The position numbers and the translations under genes were made by a program. Positions 36,389 to 46,410 of a stretch of DNA of 64,000 nucleotides are shown here, one piece after another. The notes below the pieces were generated by a model. The model did not search any database, was not told the DNA's origin, and was given only the letters and a program-made list of their open reading frames with translations. How positions within the stretch are numbered: position 1 is the first letter of the stretch; the number at the start of each line of letters is the position of its first letter. The stretch comes from Candidatus Paceibacter sp. (GTDB lineage Bacteria > Patescibacteriota > Patescibacteriia > Magasanikbacterales > UBA922), in NCBI GenBank assembly GCA_020725175.1, contig DYFM01000004.1, forward strand, positions 20,015-84,014. Reading direction: 5' to 3'.

Positions 36389-38314
36389 ATGATGGTAACA
36401 GCAGCACGGACCTATGGTGTCCGTCGAAACAGTGGTCGAAACGGCATGTCATCACGTCAACCGTTTGGCGCAAACAAACCTCGTCGTGATCGACAAGGGA
36501 CAGACCAACCGGAACGGCAACATGGATCGCAACAGGGACAACGCCCACAACGGTCGTATCAAGGACAAAATGGATTTTCTCATAGTGGTCAAAGATCTCG
36601 AGGGAGAAAACGCTTTCACCAAGCTTCGAGTACAACAGGAGCTCAGGAAGCGGATGTACTTCGAATTATTCCAATTGGCGGGTGTGAAGAGGTAGGAAGA
36701 AACATGACCGTGTTTGAGTACGGAAACGATATCATTATTTTGGATATTGGCGTTCAGTTTCCCGAAGAAGATATGCCGGGTATTGATTATATTATTCCCA
36801 ATACAAAATATCTGGAAGGAAAAGAAGATCGGATTCGGGGAGCAATTTTTTCTCATGGACATCTTGACCATATTGGAGGTGCGCCGATTGTTCTCGAAAA
36901 ACTGGGTAATCCGCCGATTGTAGCTCGTCCATTGACTTTGGCACTTATTAAGCATCGGCAAGAAGATTACAAAAAAGGTACGGCGAGTAAATTGAAAATT
37001 ATCAACGTGAAAAACCTAAACGACGTGGTACAACTTGGAGCCTTTAAAGTCCGGTTTTTCCAAGTAGAGCATTCCATAATGGACTCAATGGGAGTCATTC
37101 TTGAAACTCCAAACGGAACAATTATTCATCCGGGAGATTGGACGATGGAGCGTGATGAGCAGGGGGTAACGCACTTAAACTATCACCATTTATCCCAATT
37201 GCCACGCCCAACTTTTTTGCTCTTGGAAAGCTTGGGGGCGACCAATAGTAAACGTCATGGTACTTATCAAGAGATGTATAATAATCTTCAAACAATTCTC
37301 TCTCAGGCACCAGGGAGAGTGGTGCTCGCTACATTTAGTTCTCAGGTGGAACGGGTAAAGTGGATTTTACAGGCCTCAAGTTCACTCGGAAAAAAAGTGG
37401 CGCTTGATGGATACAGTATGAAGATGAATATTGAGATTTCGAAGGAACTCGGTTATATTGATATTCCCAAGGGGGTACTTATTGATATTAAAGAGATCGA
37501 TCGTTACCCAGACAATAAAGTAGTGGTAGTCTGTACTGGGGCACAGGGAGAAGATAGAGCGGTACTCAATCGAATTACTGTTGGAGATCACCGATTTGTT
37601 AAGTTACGAAAAAATGACACGGTTATTTTTTCTTCTTCTATTATCCCAGGAAATGAACGGAGTATTCAAAGACTGAAAGATAATATTTATCGCCAATGTG
37701 ACAATGTGGTTCATGGAGATCTTATGGATGTCCATGTGAGTGGTCATGGTACCCGGCAAGACATTCTCGATATGCTTGATCAGGTGCGGCCGGATTATTT
37801 TGTGCCGGTATATGCCAATCACTATTTTCTCAAAGAAGCAAAAAATTTGGCGGTACAGCACGGATTCCAACCGGACCGCGTGTTTGTTCCGGACAATGGC
37901 TCAGTCATTGAAGTGCGAAAAGACGGGGTAAAAATGCTTGAGAAAAAAGTACCGTCTGATTACGTGTTTGTTGATGGGCTTGGGGTGAGTGATTCACAAC
38001 ATATTGTCCTTCGTGATAGACAAGTCTTGGCGGAAGATGGTATGGTAGTAGTAATCGCAACTGTGCATTCTAAGACCGGAAAGCTGGCGCAAAATCCGGA
38101 TATTATCTCCCGCGGATTTGTGTTCTTGAAAGATAATAAAGAAATTATCGAAGGAATTCGTAACAAAGTAAAGAAACTGGTGATTGAATCAGACCCGTTG
38201 ACCTGGACGGATACGAACCAGATTAAAAACGAAATTCGAGACAAGATTGGACAGTTTGTGCTCAGTAAAACAGATAAACGACCGATGGTATTGCCGGTAG
38301 TGATTGAAGTGTAA
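36389..38314 (+). CDS. rnj: Ribonuclease J with R/Q/G-rich disordered N-terminal extension
   Basis: PIGGCEEVGRNM, HGHLDHIG, HSIMD, TGAQGE, HVSGH, RPMVLPVVIEV. Confidence 0.95.
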   Translation: MMVTAARTYGVRRNSGRNGMSSRQPFGANKPRRDRQGTDQPERQHGSQQGQRPQRSYQGQNGFSHSGQRSRGRKRFHQASSTTGAQEADVLRIIPIGGCEEVGRNMTVFEYGNDIIILDIGVQFPEEDMPGIDYIIPNTKYLEGKEDRIRGAIFSHGHLDHIGGAPIVLEKLGNPPIVARPLTLALIKHRQEDYKKGTASKLKIINVKNLNDVVQLGAFKVRFFQVEHSIMDSMGVILETPNGTIIHPGDWTMERDEQGVTHLNYHHLSQLPRPTFLLLESLGATNSKRHGTYQEMYNNLQTILSQAPGRVVLATFSSQVERVKWILQASSSLGKKVALDGYSMKMNIEISKELGYIDIPKGVLIDIKEIDRYPDNKVVVVCTGAQGEDRAVLNRITVGDHRFVKLRKNDTVIFSSSIIPGNERSIQRLKDNIYRQCDNVVHGDLMDVHVSGHGTRQDILDMLDQVRPDYFVPVYANHYFLKEAKNLAVQHGFQPDRVFVPDNGSVIEVRKDGVKMLEKKVPSDYVFVDGLGVSDSQHIVLRDRQVLAEDGMVVVIATVHSKTGKLAQNPDIISRGFVFLKDNKEIIEGIRNKVKKLVIESDPLTWTDTNQIKNEIRDKIGQFVLSKTDKRPMVLPVVIEV

Positions 38315-38321
38315 TTTGGAA

Positions 38322-38426
38322 AGCAGAATAGGTTTGTCGGCAGGGTAAGTAGATTAGGTTCGATATCTATCAGCTACTTCAAAACTTACTTTGCTTACTC
38401 TGCTTACTCTGCATAATCTACTTGCT
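38322..38426. repeat. Inverted pair of degenerate 9-bp arrays (CTGCTTACT family)
   Basis: gcagaataggtttgtcggcagggtaagtagattagg ... aacttactttgcttactctgcttactctgcataatctacttgct. Confidence 0.55.
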
Positions 38427-38439
38427 AACTATAAATTCT

Positions 38440-38658
38440 ATGAAAAAACTCTATCGATCAAAAAAAGAAAAAATCATTGCCGGAGTTTTGGGTGGTATTG
38501 CTGAGTATCTGAACACTGATCCCACGATTGTGCGGTTGGTGTTTGTGATTCTCTTGATAGCTACCGGACTATTTCCATTTGGGATCGCGTATCTTATTGC
38601 CGCGATTGTGATACCGTATCGCAATGAAAAAGATGAAGGGGTGGTATCGGAGCAGTAG
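38440..38658 (+). CDS. PspC domain protein
   Basis: KKLYRS..EKIIAGVLGGIAEYLNTDPTIVRL...YLIAAIVIP. Confidence 0.92.
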   Translation: MKKLYRSKKEKIIAGVLGGIAEYLNTDPTIVRLVFVILLIATGLFPFGIAYLIAAIVIPYRNEKDEGVVSEQ

Positions 38659-39039
38659 GGCATTGAAAGTATTGATTCCGCAGATTAAAATGGATTACTC
38701 GGAATGATTTGATTTGCATTGATTACACAGAATTAAAAGGATTACACTGATTTTTTGTTGAACAATTATTTGAGCTTTTTTTCTATCCACAGCCGTCAAT
38801 TGACGGCTGTTTTTTATTGTGTTACGGTGGAAACATATGAAAAAGAGAATTCCCCAAACGAATGCATGGTGGTGGACATTGCAGAGCGGCAATGTCATGT
38901 TTTGATACCTTCATACGTTTTGAACTATTCAAACCTCTCGACATTGCCGAGAGGTTTTTGTTTTGATGTATGTTTCTCTTCATGAAATATTCACCAGCGC
39001 AAAACCTTCAACAACCGCGCTGGAAAAGGAGAACTTGCC

Positions 39040-39207
39040 ATGGCAATTCGGTGGATCCACAACGGTGGCTGGGATCCGCACCCGGAGCCCATTGAGGTTT
39101 CGGATGAGGAGGAGAAGAAGGTGAACGAGCAGCCGGCTGAGGACGCTCAGTCTGCTCCCACGTCGTCTCCCGACGACTGGGACGACTTCACCTGCTTCTT
39201 ATCCTAG
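39040..39207 (+). CDS. Small acidic hypothetical protein (55 aa), below the ORF-track cutoff
   Basis: AAAGGAGA SD site; MAIRWIHNGGWDPHPEPIEVSDEEEKKVNEQPAEDAQSAPTSSPDDWDDFTCFLS; GC-rich codons; 13-bp stem hairpin at 39215-39245. Confidence 0.6.
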   Translation: MAIRWIHNGGWDPHPEPIEVSDEEEKKVNEQPAEDAQSAPTSSPDDWDDFTCFLS

Positions 39208-39308
39208 TCATCTAGGCCGAGTGCTCAACATCTGAGCGCTCGGCCACCATCATTGCTTGTCATTATTGATAAAATACGCTATTCTACAGCTAACTAATCA
39301 AATTTTTT

Positions 39309-40310
39309 ATGATCAAACCAACCATTCTCTCTGGTATTCAACCAACCGGCAATCTCCATATTGGAAACTATTTGGGTGCCTTGAAGAACATTATTAATTT
39401 ACAAAATTCGGGGGAATACGACATGTATATTTTTATTCCCGATCTACATTCACTCACCGGAAGTCGTACGGCCAACGAAAGGCGAGAGATTATCGCAATT
39501 TTGGCAGTGGAATTTTTGGCAGCCGGACTTGATCCGGAAAAAGTTACTTTTTTTGCTCAGTCACATGTACCTGAGCACGCGGAACTGGGTTGGATATTCA
39601 ATTGTATTACTCCGATTGCCGAGTTGGAACGGATGACTCAATATAAAGACAAAGCGCAACAGCAAGAAAAAAATATCAATGCCGGATTGTTTACTTACCC
39701 GGCTTTGATGGCGGCCGATATTTTGCTTTATCATGCTACTCAAGTTCCGGTCGGAGAGGACCAAATTCAACATGTAGAACTAACTCGAGATATTGCGCGC
39801 TGGTTCAACAATCGTTATCCATCGGCAAATCACCCTGAAGGATATTTTGCCGAACCAAAAGTACTGCTTACTGATTTGCCAAAAGTAAAAAGTCTATTAG
39901 AGCCAACCAAAAAAATGAGTAAGAGTAAAGGTGAGGGTCATGTTATTGAGCTGGCAGATGAACCGGATGTCATTGAAAGAAAACTTAAAAAAGCGGTGAC
40001 TGCAAGTGAAGGCGGGATTGGTGCGCCGGGAGTAGAAAATTTACTTTTGCTTTTGAAGAATTTTGGTAATGCCGAGCTTTACCGGCAGTTTAGTGCTGCG
40101 GAAAAAGACGGTTCAATTCGTTACGGGGATCTCAAAATAGAAGTCGCTCATTCAATTTCGGAATATTTTGTTGATTTTAGAGAAAAGAGAAAAGAATTAT
40201 TGGCTCGGCCAAATGAGATAAAAAATATTTTGTCTACCGGAGCTGAAAAGGCCAGAATAGTGGCCAATAAAACTATGAACGATGTACGAAAGTTGGTTGG
40301 GATATCCTAA
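39309..40310 (+). CDS. trpS: Tryptophan--tRNA ligase
   Basis: SGIQPTG.LHIGNY, YPALMAADILLY, VPVGEDQ.QH, KMSKS. Confidence 0.96.
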   Translation: MIKPTILSGIQPTGNLHIGNYLGALKNIINLQNSGEYDMYIFIPDLHSLTGSRTANERREIIAILAVEFLAAGLDPEKVTFFAQSHVPEHAELGWIFNCITPIAELERMTQYKDKAQQQEKNINAGLFTYPALMAADILLYHATQVPVGEDQIQHVELTRDIARWFNNRYPSANHPEGYFAEPKVLLTDLPKVKSLLEPTKKMSKSKGEGHVIELADEPDVIERKLKKAVTASEGGIGAPGVENLLLLLKNFGNAELYRQFSAAEKDGSIRYGDLKIEVAHSISEYFVDFREKRKELLARPNEIKNILSTGAEKARIVANKTMNDVRKLVGIS

Positions 40311-40670
40311 ATCAGTAAACTCACATATCCTGCACCATAATGCCGATGCTTTTAGTCCGCTTTAGACAAAATTACTTGATTTTTTTTACCTTTAGGTTTA
40401 ATTCTTGTGTTCTACGTTTAAATTATACTTTCAAAAAATTTTCTTAAGATAAAAAATCACCAAAAACATTGACGGTGATTTTTTGTTATAGCATACTCGG
40501 CATAATCTTGCGTGATATTTACAAAAAATGTTTATTACCAAAAATTATACGGTGTAAGATCAAGAGGGTTATTTGCACTTTTGTATTTCAATAAAAAAGC
40601 TGGGGTGTATCAATCCACCCGTGGCGGACAGGTTGCTCTGCTGCTTCTATCAAATAGGAACTTATTTCTT

Positions 40671-40744
40671 CGCAATTTTTCCGAAATAATGTTCCGTTCC
40701 GCCCCTCGCGAGGGGCGGAACGGAACATCTTTCGGGGAATTGCG
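40671..40744. repeat. Long hairpin with a perfect 40-bp palindromic core
   Basis: ATGTTCCGTTCCGCCCCTCG|CGAGGGGCGGAACGGAACAT (40689-40728), flanked by cgcaatttttccgaaa / tttcggggaattgcg. Confidence 0.8.
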
Positions 40745-40971
40745 TCAGAAAATGTTCGGCAGTGGCTGAATAGTATCTAAAGCAATTGGCACACAATAGT
40801 GATTTGTTGATTTCAAAAGCGTATATAACGCTAATAATTATTACACCTAAGAAAACAAACATAAAAATAAATCCGATATCAACTCAGTGGTATCTTATTG
40901 TAAATACTTTAGTCAATTTTGTCTGTCGATTGACCGCAGTAATTTTATTCACCATCCTCATTATATATTCT

Positions 40972-43900
40972 ATGCCCCAGCCTCTAGCTATAGCCCGAGC
41001 GATGCCAGTGTCGACTCGAGTTGTTTGTTCATTTATGAGTGTGCTTATTGCACTCTCACCTTTATTTTTTCTTTTTCCAAATCCAGCCACTGTAAACGCG
41101 GCCGGAGAATCAACTTGTGTCGAAACAGTCCAAGCAAATGCTCCACTTGTGTCTTCTGGTACAGTTTCGAATGCTCTCTCCTCTACTACAAAAGTTAATG
41201 ATAGCAGTTATCAAATCAAACTTGGCGCGTGGAGCTCGACTGATCAAGCTTACGCGCGATTTGATTTTTCTCCAGAAGTTGACCTTACAAAATATACGCA
41301 TCTCGAGTTTCAGTTGCAGACAGTAGAAAAAACAGGATTGACCGGAAGTGAACCATTGCTTCTCCAGTGGTATGATAACAATTGGACAGCGGGTGCTTCC
41401 AAAGAAGTGTCTGTTTCAAACGCATTATCCGGAACTCAGATGACGGTGCGTATTCCTATGGCAGATTTTACCGGTACGGCATTTAATCCGGCCAAAGCAC
41501 GATTTTTGTTTTTGCGTTTACCAAAAGTTGGTAAGGTGACAGCCAATCTAAATCTCGCAAATCTGACGGTGAAGAAAATTGTTTGTGAAACTCCAACACC
41601 GGCAGTTCCTGCACCAACTCCGACTCCCTCTCCTGAGCCGGTTGAGCAATGTACCACTGAAGACACGATGACAGCACTTGCTTTACCAACCCGTATTGCT
41701 ACCAATCGGTTGTCAAGTTATTCGATCATAAATAGCAAGCTGGGAGCTTTTGGTGCCAACTTGTATGCCTGGAACGCGTCAGATGAAGGGTATATCCAAC
41801 TCGGATATCCGGCAAACATGGATGTGAGTGGTTATGACGCGCTTGAGCTCAAGTTGAAAGCAAAGATCTTGAGCGGAAACTTGAGTAGTAACCCACTCGT
41901 CATTCAAATGTATGACAATAAGTGGACCGGTGGAAAGTCTAGTGCTGTCAATGTGGGTCCAAGTATTTTGTCCGGTACTGATGTGACGGTGAGAATTCCA
42001 ATGAAAGATTTCAACGCCTCATCTTTTAATCCAAAAGCGGTTCGAAATGTATTTTTCAAATTACCTAAAACCGGTAAGAATCGATTGGAGCTGACGGTTT
42101 CGAGCATGAATTTTGTGAAGTCAACAACGACTTGTACTATTACAAATCCGGTGCCGACTCCAACGCCAACACCTGAACCGGAGCCAACACCCGAGCCAAC
42201 GCCCGTGCCGACTCCTGAACCGGAACCTACTCCAACTCCAGTTCCAACTCCAGAACCAACACCAACACCGGATCCAATAACTCCACCCCCGACAACTAAC
42301 CCGGGTTCAAACATGATTATCGATGCCAACTCGACCAAGGTGCCGTTTGTCGATCGCGGAATCTTGGGTGGAAACACGGTGGACGATCGGACAGCTGATT
42401 ATTTTTCACTTGATCTGTACAAACAATTAGGTGGAACGGGTACGTCAAATGGAACGAGTATGAATCGTCCAATGTGGCGCGTGCATATGATCGACGCCGG
42501 ACAGCCAAAAAATCAGATGATGTGGAATCCAACTGCGATCAAGGGTTACAAATGTTTGAACAACCCAATGATTCCGCAACAATATGGTGAATCGAATTGG
42601 GCAAGTCAGTGGCCGGAACCACTCATGAACGGACAAGTGGTGTGTAACGGCGGAAATTATTATGAAGTAGAATGGTTTGATCAGTCACCAACTTATAGTG
42701 ATCGACACAATCGTCATGCTGTGAGCTTCACAAAAAAGCCTGGTTCAACCATTACCCGATATCGAGCCTTCAACAAAGAAAACCCAAGTGGAAATGCATT
42801 ATTAAACCAGGACAATTATCTTCGTTTTGATATCAAACTCTCATCACAAGTTCCGTTTTCTATAAAAAACGAAACAATTATCATGAGTGCAAATAAATTC
42901 CGTGTATATCTCAAAGCGGATAAATCTCTTGAAGTGCGTGGCGGTAGTGGATTTACTACAGTATTAAAAACATTAGCACCGCTACAATTGGACAAGTGGT
43001 ATAGTGTGGAAACCAAAATTGCCGGTGGACTAGGATCCGAAGAAATTCAGCTGGGTGTTTTGGCTGATGATAGTGCGATGGGAATTGGTGGCTACGGAGT
43101 CTCGGCCTCAGCTATTGTAAATGATTCGTTCAAATATGCGATTGATGAAATAGAAGTGCGAACCAAGTCAATGGGAACGAGTCCAAGTTATCCGTTTGCG
43201 TCTTCTGACAATAGTAAAAAGTTTTTACCAGAAGTTGTGATGTTGCATCACTTTGATAATGGAAACATGACTTGGCTTGATTATGGTGAGATGGCGGAAG
43301 ACTTGAATCTCGAGCTCGTGATTCAATTGCCACATCCGGCGGAAACAAAATATGGAAGTGCCGTTGATCAATGGGCCAATGATCCCATGTTTAAAGAACT
43401 CTTTAGTGTCGAAGGGCATCGTGCCTTGATGGAATATATGGTCGGTACTGCAGACGCGGATTATATGCAAAAAGTACAAAACATTATCAATACCAATGAC
43501 TGGACGATAACAAAACATAATTGGGCAAACTTACGTGCCTATCATGGACGAGTAGAGCCATTCAAATTGAAATTTGTGGAAGTAGGAAATGAGCCATACT
43601 ATTACAATAAAACGGTCAATGGTTTGTCGGCAAGTTTCCTCGGAAACGAAGCCGGATTTGCGACCTGGTTTGTCGAAGCCTGTGAAGCGGTGAAGTCGGT
43701 GCAAAATAGTTTGCAGTGTGGAATTCCCGCCAATACATCTGGTGGTTTCAAATTCGAAAAAGTGATGCAGGCAATTGGTGCCAAAGGGAAAGGCCACTTG
43801 GTCGATGCCTATGCGATGCATCATTATGTCTCGCATCCGGGAGACAGATTGACGGCTTACCCATTCAAGACCATGGCCGGATCGTATGCCTACAAAGTCC

Positions 43901-44613
43901 ATTTTGCCGGTGGCGCAGATTACAACGCGATGCAAAACTTTATTGATACCAAGAGTTTTGAGCAAAAGTACTTTGCCGGTCAAGCCTCACCAAACAAGCG
44001 AACCTATTGGTTTACTGAGTTCAACAGTGTGCTCGCCAACTATAAGTACACCCCAACTGATCAAGCACTAGACGCGATCTACTACGCAACCCAACTTCAG
44101 TACATGCTCGAAAATGGTTTCAATGCCGGAGCTTACTTCTTCTGGAACGGTTCAACGTGGGGAGAAAACTGGCGTGTGGGTGTGACCGGTGAATACAGCG
44201 GTACTCCACAGGTGAATTTGAACGGGCAAATTGCCAAAACTATTGCTGATTCTGTACCGTGGGGAGGAAAAGTTCTCTATGTAAATTATGATTCCAAAGA
44301 CGCAGACACAGAAATCAATGAAGGCAATGGTATTTGGAAAGCGCCAAAAGTAACTTCGGTCGCAACCAAATCAGCGGATGGTAAGAAAATTACCGTAGTG
44401 GTTGTAAATCGTGATTCAGTAAATCATAGTTATAACGTACAACTCCAAAACTTCACGCCAAACAGTACTGCCACGGTATCTGTACTGGACGCAAGTACTG
44501 TCAAAGAAACGCATCAGACGATTGGTATGAACAAACAGACGATTACTGCTTCTAGTGCTATGAACTATAGTTTCCCGGCGATGTCGGTGACGGTGATGGA
44601 GTTTGTGCAGTAA
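40972..44613 (+). CDS. Secreted multidomain clan GH-A glycoside hydrolase (GH51-like) with two CBM-like domains and Pro/Thr linkers
   Basis: Signal-like segment, two homologous beta-sandwich repeats (DLTKYTHLEF / DVSGYDALEL; TVRIPM.DF...FNP), (PT/PE)n linkers, WANLRAYHGRVEPFKLKFVEVGNEPY, WFTEFN, C-terminal VVVNRD...FPAMSVTV. Confidence 0.75.
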   Translation: MPQPLAIARAMPVSTRVVCSFMSVLIALSPLFFLFPNPATVNAAGESTCVETVQANAPLVSSGTVSNALSSTTKVNDSSYQIKLGAWSSTDQAYARFDFSPEVDLTKYTHLEFQLQTVEKTGLTGSEPLLLQWYDNNWTAGASKEVSVSNALSGTQMTVRIPMADFTGTAFNPAKARFLFLRLPKVGKVTANLNLANLTVKKIVCETPTPAVPAPTPTPSPEPVEQCTTEDTMTALALPTRIATNRLSSYSIINSKLGAFGANLYAWNASDEGYIQLGYPANMDVSGYDALELKLKAKILSGNLSSNPLVIQMYDNKWTGGKSSAVNVGPSILSGTDVTVRIPMKDFNASSFNPKAVRNVFFKLPKTGKNRLELTVSSMNFVKSTTTCTITNPVPTPTPTPEPEPTPEPTPVPTPEPEPTPTPVPTPEPTPTPDPITPPPTTNPGSNMIIDANSTKVPFVDRGILGGNTVDDRTADYFSLDLYKQLGGTGTSNGTSMNRPMWRVHMIDAGQPKNQMMWNPTAIKGYKCLNNPMIPQQYGESNWASQWPEPLMNGQVVCNGGNYYEVEWFDQSPTYSDRHNRHAVSFTKKPGSTITRYRAFNKENPSGNALLNQDNYLRFDIKLSSQVPFSIKNETIIMSANKFRVYLKADKSLEVRGGSGFTTVLKTLAPLQLDKWYSVETKIAGGLGSEEIQLGVLADDSAMGIGGYGVSASAIVNDSFKYAIDEIEVRTKSMGTSPSYPFASSDNSKKFLPEVVMLHHFDNGNMTWLDYGEMAEDLNLELVIQLPHPAETKYGSAVDQWANDPMFKELFSVEGHRALMEYMVGTADADYMQKVQNIINTNDWTITKHNWANLRAYHGRVEPFKLKFVEVGNEPYYYNKTVNGLSASFLGNEAGFATWFVEACEAVKSVQNSLQCGIPANTSGGFKFEKVMQAIGAKGKGHLVDAYAMHHYVSHPGDRLTAYPFKTMAGSYAYKVHFAGGADYNAMQNFIDTKSFEQKYFAGQASPNKRTYWFTEFNSVLANYKYTPTDQALDAIYYATQLQYMLENGFNAGAYFFWNGSTWGENWRVGVTGEYSGTPQVNLNGQIAKTIADSVPWGGKVLYVNYDSKDADTEINEGNGIWKAPKVTSVATKSADGKKITVVVVNRDSVNHSYNVQLQNFTPNSTATVSVLDASTVKETHQTIGMNKQTITASSAMNYSFPAMSVTVMEFVQ

Positions 44614-44675
44614 AGGCCGGAGAAGCTTGAAATGCCGGAGAGGCTGGAAAGGCTATTGATGATTGAAATTGAGAA

Positions 44676-44704
44676 AAGGCGGCTCGAAAGAGTCGTCTTT
44701 TTTT
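44676..44704 (+). terminator. Rho-independent terminator after the glycosidase
   Basis: aaggcggctc-gaaa-gagtcgtctt followed by a T-tract. Confidence 0.75.
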
Positions 44705-44742
44705 GTTGATTTTTTGTCGAATTTATGCTATAGTATCTACAT

Positions 44743-45009
44743 ATGACGATACATGATTTTATAAAACAACGCCCATATCTGATTTGGTGGGTGAAAAATT
44801 ATGATAGGTTGAGTGCCGAATCTATTGTTGAGGCTACTCTCAATTATGGTGATTGGGATGAAGATGTGATAACTTTATTCAAGATTATGGGCCTCAAAAA
44901 AGTGGCCAAGATTTTTCGAGAAAAATCCGAGCCGTCGAAAATGGGGAGGCAGAATTATGATGAGAAAACGAAGCTATTTTTTACTCGATATTTCAATAAG
45001 TATGCATAA
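44743..45009 (+). CDS. Small DUF6922-like antitoxin partner of the nucleotidyltransferase
   Basis: LIWWV......IVEATLNYGDW motif; overlaps the downstream AbiEii-like gene. Confidence 0.7.
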   Translation: MTIHDFIKQRPYLIWWVKNYDRLSAESIVEATLNYGDWDEDVITLFKIMGLKKVAKIFREKSEPSKMGRQNYDEKTKLFFTRYFNKYA

Positions 45010-45616
45010 TGAGATTTTGTCCGAAGATCAGAAAAAATTACTGCCTTTGGTGAAAAAATTTTCCAAGCAGTTTTTTTTGGTTGGAGGAACAGCCATTGCG
45101 CTTCATATTGGGCATAGAGAGTCAATTGATTTTGATTTGTTTTCGTTTGATGAATTTGATAATAATAAGATACGAAGTGTTATTAAGCGATTTGGCAGGA
45201 ATATTGGTCAGGTGTATAAAGATGAAGATGGTCAATTTACTTTTTTCATCGGTACCGTGCAACATACTTTTTTTCACTACCCATTTAGTTTTGAGGTTAC
45301 AGAAATGCTCAATGACGTGATTCGAATGCCGGATTTGCTGACCTTGGCAGCGATGAAAGCCTATGCACTTGGGAGGCGAGCAAAGTGGAAGGATTATGTA
45401 GATTTGTATTTTATTATGCGCGATTATCATTCTCTTGATGAGATTGTAGTTCGAGGAAAAGAAATCTTTGCCGGGGAATTCAATGGGCGTATTTTTCGTG
45501 AGCAATTAGGGTATTTTGACGATATTGATTATACGCAAGAAGTTGTTTTTTCGCCGGGATACGAGGTTAGTGAAAAAAAGATCAAAAAAGAACTCATCGA
45601 ATTTAGTTTATCTTAA
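45002..45616 (+). CDS. Nucleotidyltransferase AbiEii/AbiGii toxin family protein
   Basis: FLVGGTAIALHIGHRESIDFDLF, AAMKAYALGRRAKWKDYVDLY. Confidence 0.88.
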   Translation: MHNEILSEDQKKLLPLVKKFSKQFFLVGGTAIALHIGHRESIDFDLFSFDEFDNNKIRSVIKRFGRNIGQVYKDEDGQFTFFIGTVQHTFFHYPFSFEVTEMLNDVIRMPDLLTLAAMKAYALGRRAKWKDYVDLYFIMRDYHSLDEIVVRGKEIFAGEFNGRIFREQLGYFDDIDYTQEVVFSPGYEVSEKKIKKELIEFSLS

Positions 45617-45638
45617 CCTACATCCTCAATTCCTCTCT

Positions 45639-46166
45639 ATGCCTCTCAATATCCATCCCATGTTCGTTCATTTTCCCATTGCCTTTCTTACGGTCTATGG
45701 TGGGCTAGAACTTCTTAGGTTCAAAAAAATTCTTTCTCAACCGTGGTGGTTTTATGTAAAGATGTCTTTTGTTGTTTTTGGTTTCCTAGGTGCCTTGCTA
45801 GCCTTACAGACGGGGGGACTGATTGAAGATGAGTTCGAACGAAGTTCACTGGGTCCTTTGATGGAAACACATGCCAGCTTTGCGACAGCTACTACTGTTG
45901 TCTTTGGAATTTTGGCAGGACTTTATTTGCTAACGTGGTTTAAGCTAGTTTCTGATAGTCAAGCCTGGTTGAAGAAGAACGGTATTCGTCAGCTTTGGCA
46001 ATTGCTCATTACGACTCATCAAGTATTCTACAAACCATGGTTTTTGATTTCGTCTGCCTTTGCTGGTCTCGTCTTGATTACGATTACCGGTGCCCTTGGT
46101 GGCGCTTTGGTGCATGGTCCGGAGGTAGATCCGGTGGTATCAGCCATATATCACTTATTTTTTTAA
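45639..46166 (+). CDS. DUF2231-like membrane protein
   Basis: NIHPMFVHFPIA, TG, conserved His, ITGALGGALVHG. Confidence 0.8.
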   Translation: MPLNIHPMFVHFPIAFLTVYGGLELLRFKKILSQPWWFYVKMSFVVFGFLGALLALQTGGLIEDEFERSSLGPLMETHASFATATTVVFGILAGLYLLTWFKLVSDSQAWLKKNGIRQLWQLLITTHQVFYKPWFLISSAFAGLVLITITGALGGALVHGPEVDPVVSAIYHLFF

Positions 46167-46410
46167 AAATATATTTGAGCGTTTTGCTGAGGTTAAACGA
46201 CTGGTATGGTCGTTTTTTCTTTTTGAAAATTTATCCACATTTTCTAAATCAATAAGCGACCAAAACCTAGGGAATTTCAAAAAAATATGATATACTTTCT
46301 GTGATATTTATGCCGAACCAAAAGACATTTTTTTATACACAGAAAAAAGGCATAAATGAAAAGCGGGGTATTGACTTTAGCTATTTTTTTGTATTTTAAA
46401 TTTGGTTATC

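Noticed and set aside
42140-42300. DNA tandem repeat or mobile element inside the glycosidase
   Set aside because: It is an ordinary Pro-Thr/Pro-Glu linker with varied synonymous codons
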